From: Chiloscyllium plagiosum
Taxonomy: Eukaryota
Length of the DNA stretch: 64,000 nucleotides
Direction of reading: 5' to 3'
Assembly: GCF_004010195.1 (NCBI RefSeq)
Contig: NC_057752.1
Coordinates: 3,776,726-3,840,725, forward strand
The position numbers were made by a program, and so were the translations under genes. The notes beneath the pieces are model-generated. The model searched no databases. It was not told the origin of the DNA and saw only the letters and a list, made by a program, of their open reading frames with translations. This document shows, piece after piece, positions 10,607 to 23,578 of this stretch. Every line of letters begins with the position of its first letter. Positions within the stretch are counted from its first letter, which is position 1.

Positions 10607-13600
10607 AATGGTTAAAATTTCCTTCAGAATCTGGGCCGGCAGGCCATTGTATTTGCTGCTGATATGCGGGTTCGAGTCAGCAAAAGAGGCCTATTAGGCC
10701 TGAATTGAGTAAGAGAACTCAGAGGCCGGTATCCAGGAGCGTGCACACCTTGGAAAGCCACCTACATCTGGCTTGGAACAGCTACATTGGTTCTGATTTG
10801 GATGTTGCTAAACAATCAAAATAAATGTCTGGTTAAATGGTCACCCAGTTCTAATGGAGGTTGATACCGGCACGGCTGTATCAGGGATTGTGGAACCAGT
10901 CTTTAACAAACGTTGCTCTGAACCCCAACCACTAAGTTTGTGCATGACCTCAGCCAGACTGAGAACCTATACCGGGGAATCTTTACACATTAACGGTACA
11001 GTTTCTGTTCCAGTCTCTTATGAGAAGCAGCTGGTTCAGTTCCCACTGAGTGTAGTAAAAGGCTCAGGCCCAAGCTTGGTGGGTGAAACTGATTCACCGT
11101 GATTGGCTCAACATTTTCCAAATAGAAAATGGCTGCCTGAGTGAACAACTAATTAAATACCCAGAAGATTTTCAGGAAGGTCTAGGGATTGTTAAAGGAG
11201 CCAAGGCTACCTTGCATGTTGACCAGGACACAGTTCCATGATTCTCTAAGGCCCACCCAGTGCCATATGCCTTATGGGCAAAAGTAGAGGCAGAAATCAG
11301 GGAGACTGGAAAGGGAAGGAATCATCAAACCAGTCCAGGAATGGGCAGCACCAGGCGTACTGATTGTGAAGCCCGATGGGTTGGTTTACCTTTGTAAGGA
11401 TTTTATACAAACAGTGAATAAATACCCAATCTCTCATGTAAAGGATTTGTACACAAAACAGGCTGGGGGTGGGGGATGTCCTTTATGAAGCTAACCTGCA
11501 ACTGCGATTAGATGAGGATTCCCAGAGGTATGCTACAATTAATACCCATAAGGGCTTGTGCCAATATACAAGACTGCCATTTGGGGTATCATAGCATGTG
11601 CAATTTTTCAGCGGACGATGGAGAGCATTTTACAAGGTCTACCTCAGGTTGCCATTTATCTAGATTATATGCTAATAACAGGGAAGACCAATAAGGAGCA
11701 CTTAGAGAACTTGGACATAGTCTTTAGATGTTTCTCTCAGGTGGGCGCATGCCCAATAAGGGACACTTGCATGTTCCAGGCATTCCAAAGTGACCTCCTT
11801 GGGCTACAGAGTCAGCATTATAACTGTTGAAAGATAAAGTGAGGGCGATCAAAGGGGCCCCGGATCCCAGGACTGTACCAGAGCAGATGCATTGAGCAGG
11901 CTCCCACTGGCAGATACTTCACCAGTGGTACCATCATTGGAAGTTTCTGTAATGGTTTTAAATTTTCTGGACACACTTCCAGTCACAGCTGACAATATCA
12001 GACTTTGGTCACAGAAAGATCCCATCCTGGCAGAACTGAAACAGCTGGTGGGGATGGGGGAAACCAAAGGGCCATCACAATCTGTTACACATCGACTATG
12101 CAGGTTCGTTCATGGGTTCAATGCTCTCAGTCACTATGGACCGTCATTAAAAGTGGTTGGGCATGCACAGAGTTCATTTGTCAAACACAGGGACAATGAC
12201 AGAAAAACTGTACAAATCGTTTGCAATACATGGACTCCCAGAAGTGTTGGTCACAGATAACAGGCTATCATTTACCAGCAGGGAATTTCAGTATTTCCTA
12301 CAGTTGAATGGCATTTGTCATAAGGACAGCTCCATACCATCTAATGGTCTGGCAGAAAGAGCAGTCTAAACTTTGAAGGCAAGCTTGAAGAAACAGTTGA
12401 CAGCCTCGCTAGGTACCAAACCTCCTGGTTCCTGTTTGATTATTGGACTATTCCCTCCAACCTTGTAACTACAGGGATAGCACCAGCAGAGTTTTAATGG
12501 GGAGAGGACTCCACACCAGGTTAACTTGGATCTTCCCGGACCTGGGGTAGGCGAAGGGTGAAATGGCATCAGAAATGCCAATGTTGAACATAAGACTCTG
12601 CCAAGCAGAGACAGTTTACTTCAGGGGACAAAGTTTGGTGTGGGAACCAAGGGAATGGCCCTGCATGGGCAAGAGGCATGGTTGATGCGAGGTCAGGTCC
12701 ACTGATGTATAAAGTTCGGGTAGGTGCTATGGTCCTGAACAAACATGTGGACTATATGAAAGCTGCAAACTCACAAACAATGTGGGAGCAAAACATACCC
12801 AGCTCCTCAGAGCAGTCAGAAAGGCTGGCAGAACCCATGGGTTCTCCCTCTCCATCCAGCATTGAAGCCACCTTGGTATCGGAGATGGTCACAGCGAACA
12901 CCGCTACCCTGACACCTTTACCGCCTGAAGAGGAGAATGAATTTCTCCTGAGCTGCATGAGGTGAACTTCTGTGCGTTACACACAGCCTGTATCCAAGGC
13001 CGAGCCAGAGGATCCTGACCTGGTGCTAAAATGCCCCAGGAGGAGCTACAAGATAAAGGACCAGCCTATGTCCTCGAACTGAGAGGGGAAGGGATGTTGT
13101 GATTGTATCGAGGTCAGCTAGGTAGACCTCATAGAATGAGTTCCCTGATTGGACCAGATTAATAGCCTTAATCAGGGAGCCCTGGCTGACAGATATAAAC
13201 AGGAGGGTCCGAGGCTCTGTTCACTCTGAGAGAGCTAGATCAATATTAAGGACTCTCCACGTATCAATAAAAAGGGGGGTCTTGGTGATGGGACATAGGC
13301 CTCTGTGGAGTCATTTCTGTTAGATCCCTGAATTCTGATATTTTAAATGAACAGGTCAGACTTTCTGACAATATCCAATGGAGTGATACCCATCATTAAA
13401 CCCAGGAAAAACACAGTCAACACGGGGAGTGCAGATCAATAAAGTATGAGTGATTGTCAGAAAGCCAAAGTTGGAATTCTTTCAGCTCTGCCCTGGAAGT
13501 CAGACAGTTGAGTCACTCTGGTTTTAATTTTGAAAGCTGGAAGCTATACTGGGCCAGTTTGGACAGTGCCCAGTTGAAAGATGGTCAGAAGGATTTTGTT

Positions 13601-14059
13601 TTTGTTACATGTTAACAATGTAAGAAGCACTTTCAAAGAGGTAATTTATGATTGGATGGGACCTGTTCTATTTCAAGTCTTTTTACAAAAAAAATTGCTT
13701 AAATGTCTAATTAGGGGATCTTGGTATTCTCCTTAAACTAATTACTGCAGCAGCCAGTCAATATCCCTGGCTTTTATGCTTGCTCAGGCAAGGAAATTGT
13801 CACTGTGTGGCACTCACTTTACCAAGACAGAGCACTCTTAGACTAATTTGATTTCAATCTCATTAAGAGTAGATGTATGTCAAGTGGGAACCACTTAATC
13901 CAACCACTTGCTTTGTTGTGTTCAATGATCAATTGACTCAAAAGAGGTTTTGCAACTAAATAAAAATGATTGACTCTATGTGAGAAAGAGTGAGCTAGGT
14001 GTTATTCAAAGCACTGATGACAACTGGAAGAAATATAGAATGCATGTCAGAAAGGAATT

Positions 14060-14750
14060 CTCATCCCAAACTAGAAAAATCAAAGGAAGCCCAGGTGAGG
14101 AATTCATGGAATCTTTTCAGGATTTTGTTTAGAACACCATGTACTGGAGCCAACCAGAGAGCAGACTATAATAGATCTGGTATTGTACAATGTGATAGAA
14201 TTAGCTAATGACTTCAGTGTGAAGACATCTTGCAGCAGCAGTGATTAGATTTTACATTCAGTTTGTGGGAGAAAACAGTGGATGTAAGGTTCCTAATTTT
14301 AAATGTAATTAGGAGGGCACAAAAGCAGAGCTAATTAAAGTGAGCTGTAAAGTGGGGCCTTGTTAAAGTCCAAACTGTTCCAGAGGTGTGCCAAAACACA
14401 TCTGAACAGGATGACTTAAAGATTATTGATGCATTCTAACAAAGTAAAAATTTCAGTTTAACTAAAAGATTAAAGACCGTGTCAAACTTGAAGAAAAAAC
14501 ATGTAATTATACAAAGAGGGGTGGTACATGAGAATGGACAGAATATAAACAGCAGTAGCAATGAATGACTTTAGTTTTTCTTTTTTTTTAAAAAGGGTTC
14601 AGGGAAAGCTAGCTAAAAACATTAACACAAATACAAGAATGTCTGTAGATAGTCTAAAGAAGATAAGTGTTAACAAAGCAGGTCCCACAGAAAGTGAGTC
14701 TGGGGAATTAATGTCAAATAAGCAGCTGGCAGACTTCATTTACAGTTACT
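14060..14750 (+). mobile_element. Old, heavily degenerate CR1 ORF2 fragment (endonuclease-linker region)
   Basis: Residual motifs (EPTREQTIIDLVL-like, GPTESESGELM) across frameshifts. Appears to continue at 15955-17575. Confidence 0.55.
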
Positions 14751-14819
14751 TGGCTTTTTTTTTCTTTGAAAATATATAACCAGGAAAAACAAATGTCTTC
14801 CTTTTAGATAAGGGGAAAG

Positions 14820-14935
14820 AAAAAGAAACTCTCTCCTCCAAAGCAGAGACTAACAGTAGCAGTGACACACTGACTGTGGCCCAGCCAACACAGTCAGTCC
14901 CCTAAACTGAGGAGATTCTCATCTCCTGGTTATAT
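14820..14935 (-). mobile_element. Fragment of Gypsy-family LTR
   Basis: gtcagtcccctaaactgaggagattctcatctcctggttatat matches 53737-53776 and the LTR 3' half. Confidence 0.5.
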
Positions 14936-15014
14936 TTTTTTTACAGGCATTTTGCATCTGTTTTTGGGGTCAGAATATTTGGAAGCTTGTCACTGTGACG
15001 ATCTGGAACAATTC

Positions 15015-15325
15015 TTTTATTCGTTCGTGGGATGTGGGCATCACTGGCTCATCTGTCCATCCCTAATTGCCACGTCACTGTGAGTCTGGAGTCCAAGCCA
15101 AGTAAAAGCAGCAGTCTCCCACCCTTGAGGATATTAGTGAACCGGATGGGTTTTAATCTGACGGTCAGCAAAAGTTTTATGGACATCATTAGACCCCTAA
15201 TTCTACACTTCTATTGAATTCACATTGTGCCATCTACCATAGTGGGATTCCGAACCTGGGTCCCTAGAATATTGCCAGGGTCTCTGGACTAAATCAAGTG
15301 ATTATACCACTAGGCCATTGCCTCC
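15015..15325 (-). mobile_element. tRNA-headed SINE (same family as 2012/3987)
   Basis: Minus strand ggaggcaatggcctagtggtataat head through to the cccacgaacgaataaaa tail. Confidence 0.75.
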
Positions 15326-15333
15326 TTGCATTT

Positions 15334-15892
15334 TACAGTGATTTTTGCATTGGTCTTCTGGAGTGGTTGAAACCAGGTGGACCTTTATTGATTGGCTCAG
15401 GTTAACAACTGGAGGTTCTGGTTGACAAATATTACCAGGTGATTTCCAATCTTCTGTGGTTATGTCAGAGCCTGGGTGTCCCTGGAAACCAACACCGTGG
15501 AGCTGTTTGGAGTGGAGATTTAACCCTTGCCTTCCCTTCCCTTTCACTGTTTGATCATGCAGCATTGCCCTTTGATTTGAAAGGCACTGCTTGTCACTAG
15601 CCACCTGGGTGCTTCCTTTCTTCCTGTTGGTGGAAATTTGAATAAAAACTCGTGCACCTTGTGTCTCTGACTGTGTCCCACACCTGCGCATGCACACAAT
15701 ATGGGTGCTGGGGAAAAAATAAGCAGTAGCACAGTTAGGTGGTAGTGTGGGGGTGAACAAATTAACAGGGGATTCAGACTCTCCTCAGTTCAGCGGATGG
15801 ACTTTGACTTGGCTGGTTACAGCCAGTATACTATGCATAAGTAAAGAAAGAGGGAGTTGGTGATGGGACACTGGCCTCTGTGCAGTTATTTC
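15334..15892 (+). mobile_element. Solo Gypsy-family LTR interrupted by a Tx1-clade insertion
   Basis: ccaggtggacct...ctggttgacaaatat at the 5' side and ggtgatgggacactggcctctgtgcagttatttc at the 3' end match the LTR family. Confidence 0.7.
15445..15760 (+). mobile_element. 5'-truncated Tx1-clade (L1 group) LINE: ORF2 C-terminus and 3' UTR
   Basis: Reads FCGYVRAWVSLETNTVELF, which I recognise as resembling the C-terminus of Tx1-type ORF2 proteins. AATAAA at 15641. Flanked by attaccaggtgatt / attaacaggggatt (12 of 14 identical). Confidence 0.7.
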
Positions 15893-15954
15893 CTCTTTGC
15901 TATCGATGTTCAAGGTAAATAGCAGTAAAGCAGGAAATGGAAGGATGTGGAATA

Positions 15955-17575
15955 AAGTTAGAATCACTAGGGATGTGTTACTGAGCAAACTGTCAGAGTT
16001 GCAGGTTGACAAGTTCCCTAGGTCCTGATAGACTTCACTCTGGGATTTTAAATGGGTAGTGAGACTGTTAACACATTGGAAGGTCTTTAAAAGAGATAGC
16101 TAGTGAGATAGTCAATTAATTCATCTTTCTTTTCTAAAATTCCCTAGATTGGGGAAGTTTCCACTTAATTTGGAAAATGGCAAATATAACACCTTTCCTA
16201 GTCAAAAAGGAAGACACAAAGCAGGAAAGTACAGGCCAGTTAGCTTAATTTATCATAAAGATGTTAAAATATTAATAAATGCTATAGCAGGGCACTTAGA
16301 AAAAGCTTAAAGTAATCAGGCAGTATCAACACTGTTTTGTGAAAGGCAAATTATTCAATTAGGTTTGTCACATGCTCATGAGTACAGTGAAAAGTTTACA
16401 AGTTGCCATTTATGCTGCCATCTTAGGTACAAAGGTACCTAGATACAGAATCTTGGGTACAAAGCAGAAAAATGAAGAAACGTGGTTAAAAGTTAAATAT
16501 CATAGTTCTTCCTCCTTAGAAGTAGAAAAGCAAAGAAAGAGTTAACAGTTCAAGACCACTGTGCACAAGTGCCTAGCCATTGCTGGGCTCATACTCCTCA
16601 AAGGTATGGTTGCCTGGTGACCTGCATGACAAAGATGGGTAGAAAAGTTGTAAAGAGGCAACAAAGGGATAGCTTAAATATCTTGTTTTAACTATCCATG
16701 GGATGAGGGTGTCACTGGCTAGGTGAGCATTCATTGCCCAACACCAATTGCCCAGAGGGCAGTTAAGAGTCTACTACAATACTGTGGGTCAGGAGTCCCA
16801 TGTAGGCTAGACCAGGTAAGGATAACAGGTTCCTTTCCTGAAGGACATGCGTGAACCAGTTTCCATGCCCCTCCCCCCTCCCCCACCCCTTCCCAAACAA
16901 TCAACAATGGATTCATAGTCATCATTAGATTCTTAATTCCAGATTCTCAATTGAATTCAAATTCCACTCTGCCATGATAGGATTCAAATCTAGGTCACAG
17001 AACGTTACCTGGATTTCTGGATAAATAGTCCAGTGATAATATCATGAGGAAATTGCTTCCCCTATCTGAGGAATGGGGTATAATGTGTGAAAATGTGAAA
17101 TTGTCCATTTTTGGCAGAAAGAATGGGAGGGATAAAAAAAAAATGATTGGAATGGTGAGAAATTGCAGAGCTCTGTGATGTGAAGGGATATGGGAGGCTT
17201 TGCTCATGAATCTCAAACTGATAACATGCAGGTACTGTAACTAATTAGGAAAGCTAATGGAATGTTGTTTATTGTGAAGAGAATTACTTACAACAGTGAG
17301 AGGTTATGTTTCAGTTATATAGGACATTAGTGAGACCGTATCAGAGGTTTAGCATACAGTATTGGTATACTTATTTAATGAAGGATGTAAATATATTGGA
17401 AATAGTGCACAGAAAACTTACTAGACTAATAGCTGGAATGGGTGGGTGTCTTAAAGGTTGGACAAGAGCAGGCTTGTATCTGCTGGAGTTTCAAAGTGTA
17501 AGGAGGCAACTTGATTGAAATCTAAGATTCAGAGGAGTCTTGACAGGATGGACATGAAGAGGATCTCACCTCTTG
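15955..17575 (+). mobile_element. Old degenerate CR1 ORF2 fragments interrupted by younger repeats
   Basis: VDKFPRS and AGKYRPVSL remnants, and MFQLYRTLVRPY (17306). Confidence 0.6.
16690..17060 (-). mobile_element. tRNA-headed SINE (same family as 2012/3987)
   Basis: Shares gactcttaactgccctctgggcaatt, ccttacctggtctagcctacat and tctggaattaagaatctaatgatgac. Confidence 0.75.
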
Positions 17576-17789
17576 TGGGATACTCAAACTACTTGTGCTG
17601 CTAATTCATCTATTTTGTTCCCAATGCTTGTGTATTTAAAACCCATTCACTTTGCAATTTACCATATCATGCCCCTTTTTGATCCTATTTGTTGCTGTTT
17701 GTATTTGTTTATTCAATCTGTCCCTTCCTGCCCTATTTTGGGTATTATCCAAATAGCTGCCCAGCAGTGCTGCTGCTTCTTTACTTTGA

Positions 17790-18770
17790 GAGTCTAGATC
17801 TTCTCTCTCTCATGGGCTTTGCCCCCTCAAGTTAATTTAAAGCCCTGTCTACATCACTGGCTATTCAATTCACCAGGACATGGTCCCAGAATGATTCAGG
17901 TGAAGCCATCCCACTGGAACCGCTCCTTTGTCTAATACTGACACTAGTGCCCCATGTCCTGACACCTACTCCTCCCACATCAAACTCTGAGCCACACATT
18001 TAACCCAATTTACTCAATGACAGTTTGCCCATAGCTCAAGTACTCATCCCAAGATGATTACATTGGAGGTTCAGCTTTTTAAATTAGTTCCTAACTGTTC
18101 AAATTCTTTTGGCAGAGCCTCCTTTCATGAACTAATCAATGTTGTTGGTACCAATATGGAATACAGCAACTAAATCCCTTCCTTTCCCTCCCCACTCTAA
18201 GTTCCCTTCCAGCTCTGAGGCAATATCCTTAACTCTGACAGCAGGCAAGCAACACAACCTTCAGGATTCATGCTCACCACTGCAGAGAATATATATTCCT
18301 TTTAATTATACTGTCCTGCACCACTACTGCCTTCCCACTTGAATTGCTCTCTGTACTGCCCTGCTGTGGTCAGTTAGCTCATTCTTTCTGTTGTCTTCAC
18401 TCTCATCCACACAGCCTGCAAGAAGCTCATAACTGCTTAGCAAGCGCAGGGCCTGAGGCTAATTGTGTACTAGCCCTTGGGTCCCCATAGTTGCTTTGCC
18501 TGCAGTTACACCCTCTTATCCCTGATCACAGGCCAAATTTGGATTACCTAATTCCTGGCGGGGGGGGCTACGACCTCCTTCTGGAGAAGTCTCCAGGTGA
18601 CTTTCCTCCTCCCTGACAGACTGCAATATCTGCAGCTCAGAACCCAGCTCAACTCTTCAACTCTGATCCAAAGTTCCTTGAGCTGCAAACACTTGTCTTA
18701 AATGTCCTGGATCGCCTTTGTTTCCAGTAGCTCCCACACACTGCAGCAGCAACACATCACTTGTCAACAC
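17790..18770 (-). mobile_element. CR1 ORF1 remnant (N-terminal Cys motif and SGNH-esterase region)
   Basis: Minus-strand frames give CCSVWELL...KCLQLKELWIRVEEL and HIGTNNID, typical of CR1 ORF1. Confidence 0.65.
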
Positions 18771-20494
18771 TATTATGTTTTATTTAATATATAAATTCAT
18801 TTTTCTTAATTGTGTGCTCTTATGCCCTACTGTTATGTTGTAACGTAATCGGGACTAGATATCAACATTAGTTGGGGCACTGTGTGCAGTTCTTATGTCC
18901 ACACTGTTGGAAGAATGTTGAGGAAATGGAGTGAATACTATGCAGATTAATTTGCATGTTGCCTGGCGTGTGGAAATACAAAGACTTCTCTTTTGAATTA
19001 AAGGGTATTATGCAGTGACTTGATACAAGTATTTAAAAAGAATGAAGAGATGAGCTAAAATAGATGGAAACAAATTTTTCCCCTGGTGTTGTAAGGTCTT
19101 GAAATTCAATTTAAAGGTGACTGAAGAAGAGACCATGCCCAATAGGAAAACATTTGCAGGACATAGAAGCATATGGGAGTATGGCAGGTATGTGAGATTA
19201 GACTGACAAATCATGGATGGAAAAATACTAACAAAGTTAATTAGCCTGAATTTGTGTAATTTCAATGTAATGTGGGGTTAGCATGAGACACCTGCCTGAC
19301 CCTGAAATTATAACATGCCCTACATTGAGGCTATGTTGGAAAATCCTGCAGATTCTACAACTAGGGCAGCTTGGAAGATCAGAAAGTTTCTGTAAGGAAG
19401 GAAAATTAAATCAAAGGGGAGCTACTTCTAACAAGTGTGGTAATATCTTTGGACAAAGCAACAACATTTCTGAAAATTACAATTTTGAAGTTTCTCAGTT
19501 GAATTTGTAGACTAAATGATGACTGCTTGTGATGGCACTGTTAGACCAATTATTGATAATTAGGCTTACTGAATTAGGTCTTGTATCACAGCAGCAATTG
19601 TCACCCGTTGATCCACCAGTTCAAAGCTATACATAGTGCAAAGGAAAGGACAAAATAATACATTTCTTAATTGCGAGGAGGTGGCTATCAAGCTGCTTAA
19701 TTGGTGTACTTTGTTTGGATTCTAATGGAATCCCCAGGAATGAAGCACAGCCCATAACAGAAGATTTTGACAGATTGCAGGTTCTGTTCTTCAAGTAAGG
19801 AACTTGAAGGGCAGCTTCACCTCTCAGCAGGGAATAGTGTACTTTGCTTTTAAAAAGAGATTATGGAGTACAGTAGTGGATTACACATAGTATTTGCATA
19901 CAAAATAATTTTTCCTACCTTTAACATTTTACCTACTAAGCAAGTTCTATTTTTGCAAATCCTGATCACCAGGCCAGAAATTTAAAAGTAGGTTTGTGTC
20001 AACTCTGAACATGCTGAGATTATTGCCACTTGTGTTTGAGATTCTGGTACAGGAGACACATAGGTGTTCAAAATCCCCATGTTATTCCATCATACATTCC
20101 CGTAAACCTAGCACATCACATCAGATTCCAATAAACATATTTCTAAACCTGGTATACTTTCGATGGTGAGGGTTCGATTAGACAACAGGAAAAATTGAAC
20201 CGTATTTTTCTTCAAATAGATGAGCAGCATTGTGGTTATGCTAATAGGCAGGTGATCTGGATGGCTGGACTAATGATCTTAGAGACAAGTGTTCAACTCC
20301 TGCCACAGCAACAGGACATTTTTTTAAAGCACCCATCGATTAAAACTGCAACAATCATGGGTGACTTTAATATTCAAGTAGATTGGAAAAATCAAGTTTT
20401 GAAAGGTTGCCTTAAGGATGAGCTCAAAGTGTATTTGGGGCAGTTTCTTACAATAACGATCTGGATTTTGTGATGTGCAATGGCACTACAATCC

Positions 20495-21692
20495 CTGTTG
20501 TGGTTCTGGTCGCCGAGCTGGGAATTTGTGTTGCAGATGTTTCGTCCCCTGTCTAGGTGACATCCTCAGTGCTTGGGAGCCTCCTGTGAAGCGCTTCTGT
20601 GATGTTTCCTCCGGCATTTATAGTGGTTTGTCTCTGCCGCATCCGGTTGTCAGTTCCAGCTGTCCGTTGCAGTGGTCGGTATATTGGGTCCAGGTCGATG
20701 TGCTTATTGATTGAATCTGTGGATGAGTACCATGCCTCTAGGAAGAAACTATGGTCTCATTCGATGTAACGGCACTGTTCACCTCTATCGACAAAACCCT
20801 AGCCAGAGAAACAATAGCCAACCTGCTGGACATAGAGAACAGACAACAGGACGGTGAACCTATCAACAAAGACGGCATACTCAAACTACTGGACCTGTGC
20901 CTCACAAAACACTTCACATTCAACAACCAAATATATGAACAAATCAACGGCACACCCATGGGCTCACCCATCTCTGGACTCATAGCAGAAGCGGTAATAC
21001 AAAGGTTAGAACAAACAAACCGTCTTACTGCAAATTCAACCCAAACTCTGGGTCAGATACGTGGATGACACCTTTGTAATCATTAAAAACACAGAAATAG
21101 AGAACACACACCGGATCATCAAAGCCACACTCACAGGAATCCGATTCACCAGAGAGTAAAAAATGGACAACCAACTCCCATTCCTAGACGTGAGGTTACA
21201 GAGAACACCGAACGGAGAATTCACCACAAAGGTACACAGGAAAGCCACACACACAGACCAAGTCCTGAACTACGAAAGCAACCACCCCAACNNNNNNNNN
21301 NNNNNNNCATGCCGCAACCCAAAGGACTAGCCACACTACCATACATCAAGAGCATTTCTGAACTGACAGCCAGACTACTGCGACCACTAGGACTCATAAC
21401 ATGACACAAACCGACAGCCACTCTCAGACAACAACTCACCAGAACGAAGGACCGGATACCCAGCATGAGCAAAACCAATGTGGTGTACAAAATCCCATGC
21501 AAGGACTGCACAAAACACTATATAGGACAAACAGGAAGACAGCTAACGATCCGCATCCATGAACACCAACTAGCCACGAAACGACACGACCAGCTATCCT
21601 TAGTAGCCACACACGCAGATGACGAGCAACATGAGTTCGACTGGGACAGCACTACTATTATAGGACAAGCCAAACAGAACAGCCAGGGAATT
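20495..21692 (+). mobile_element. Penelope-like element (Poseidon type): inverted pLTR, RT and GIY-YIG remnants
   Basis: MVSFDVTALFTSI...YEQINGTPMGSPISG...WVRYVDDTF, and NVVYKIPCKDCTKHYIGQTGRQL. 20495-20740 is an inverted copy of the element 3' end. Contains an N gap at 21292-21307. Confidence 0.93.
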
Positions 21693-22132
21693 CACAGGAT
21701 ACTAGCAGCCAGAGTTTGCTTTGAGCACATACACCATTAGAAAAGCTTCAACAGCACAAACTGATGGCTGCATTAGATCCATATTTGTTCATCAGTTGAA
21801 TTATAAACTTTCCCTGATTTGTCAGAAATCACTCGTTTAAAATCTTGAGGCTGCAAATGTGTAGGAAACTGAATTTTTAAAAAGAACAAGATTAATCAAA
21901 AGCAATTTTACTTTTTAATTATTCTTCATGAATTTGGGTGTTGTTAGCAAGGCCAGCAGTTTTCACTCATCCCTCACTGAGAAACTGATGCTGAACCATC
22001 GTCTTAAACCATTGTAATCCTTCTGGTGCAGGCACACTGACAGTGCCATTAGGAAGGAAATTCCACTTTGATCCAACAATACTGTGATGTAGTTCTCAGT
22101 CAGAATGGTGTGTGAATGCTTACTATGTTCAG

Positions 22133-22712
22133 AGTCATGCAGCACGGAAACAGACCCTTTTGGTCCAACCAGTCCATGCCGACCATAATCCAAAACTAAT
22201 CTAGTCCCACCTGCCTTCTCCTGGCCCATATCCCTCCCAACATTTCCTGTTTGTGTACTCATCCAAATGTCTTTTAAACGTCATAACTGTACCTGCATTC
22301 ACTATTTCCTCAGGAAGTTTATTCCACACACAAACCACCTTCTGTCTTTTTTAAAAAGATTTGCTGCGTATGTCTTTTTTAAATTTTGAATCTCTCACCT
22401 TTGACCTTTTAATGTGCCCCCGAGTCTTGAAATCCTCCATCCTAGGAAAAGGATACCTACCATTAACCATATTTATACCCCTCATCATTTTATAAACCTC
22501 TATTTATGGTCACCTCTCAATCTCCTGCGCTCCAGTGAAGAAAGTCCCAGCCTTTCTTTATAACTCAAAGCTGCCATACCTGGCCACATCCTGGTAAATC
22601 TCTTCCAAACCCTCTCCAGGTTAATAATATCCTCCCTGTAACAGGGCGACCAGTACTGGACACAGTATTCCAGAAGAGGCCTCACCAATGTCCTGTACAA
22701 CCTCAACGTGAC
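22133..22712 (-). mobile_element. CR1 3' end
   Basis: RLYRTLVRPLLEYCVQYWSP...ERRRLRGD, followed by the CR1 3' UTR. Confidence 0.9.
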
Positions 22713-23052
22713 TCATCAACCTCAAGGCAAACAATAAGCCACAGCATTATTGATTGAAAGTGATGGAAGTTGTTGGTACTTTTGTTTGATGGCACAGAAG
22801 GGAGTCTTGAAAATATACGGTCATGAAGTCAGGACGGTGTGTGGTTTGGAGGTGAACTCGCAGGTAGTGGTATTCCCAAAGGTATCTGCTACCTTTTGTC
22901 CTTCTAGGCAGTAGAGATTATGGGTTTGGAGGGTGCAGTTGAAGGAGGCTGGCTAAGTTGCTGCAATGCAGTTTGTAGGCAGTACATGCTGCTACTACTG
23001 AACATTGATGGTACAGGCCACCAATGTTGAAGGGTGGTGAAGGAGGCGCTGT

Positions 23053-23350
23053 ACAGTGAGAGCCTTTTTCCTCCGATGGTGATGGCTAGCACGAGGGGAC
23101 ATAGCTTTAAACTGAGGGATGATCGACAGAGGACAGATGTCAGAGGTAGGTCCTTTACTCAGTAGTTAGGGTGTGGAATGCCCTGCCTGCAGCAGCAGTG
23201 GACTTGCCAACATTAAGGGCATTTAAATAGTCATTATCATCCATATGTTTACCTAATGGAATAGTGTAGGTTAGATGGGCTTTAAATTAGTTTCACAGGT
23301 TGGTGCAACACCAAGGGCCAACGGGCCTGTACTGCGCTGTAATGTTCTAT
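23053..23350 (+). mobile_element. CR1 3' end (second subfamily)
   Basis: ASTRGHSFKLRD...VWNALPA remnants. Tail cctgtactgcgctgtaatgttctat. Confidence 0.8.
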
Positions 23351-23382
23351 CACCCTCCTGACTTGTGCCTCGTAGATGGTGG

Positions 23383-23578
23383 TTAGAGTGGTGCTGGAAA
23401 TGCACAGCAGGTCAGGCAGCATCTGAGGAGCAGGAGAATCGATGTTTCGGGCAAAAGCCCTTCATCAGGAATCAGGAAACGTTGATTCTCCTGCTCCACA
23501 GATGCTGCCTGACCTGCTGCGCTTTTCCAGCACCACTCTCTAATCTTGACTCTGATCTGCAGTCCTCACTTTTGTCTA
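23383..23578. mobile_element. Fold-back mini-PLE with hammerhead core
   Basis: Inverted pLTR halves. TSD gtagatggtgg / gtagacggtgg (23372-23382, 23579-23589). Confidence 0.8.

Larger units (their letters stand above)
8930..13318 (+). mobile_element. Near full-length degenerate Gypsy/Ty3 LTR retrotransposon (gag-PR-RT-IN, RNase H largely deleted)
   Basis: 5' LTR 8930-9444 (TG...CA), PBS 9446-9455, protease MEVDTGTAVS (10854), RT AIFQRTMESILQGLPQVAIYLDYMLITG (ORF 11558), integrase HGLPEVLVTDN...SNGLAERAV (ORF 12157). PPT gagaggggaaggga 13081-13094, 3' LTR 13095-13318, flanks attag/gttag (5-bp TSD, 1 mismatch). Confidence 0.92.

Noticed and set aside
21292..21307. Run of 16 N
   Set aside because: Assembly gap, not biology. 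It makes the PLE structure across it uncertain.
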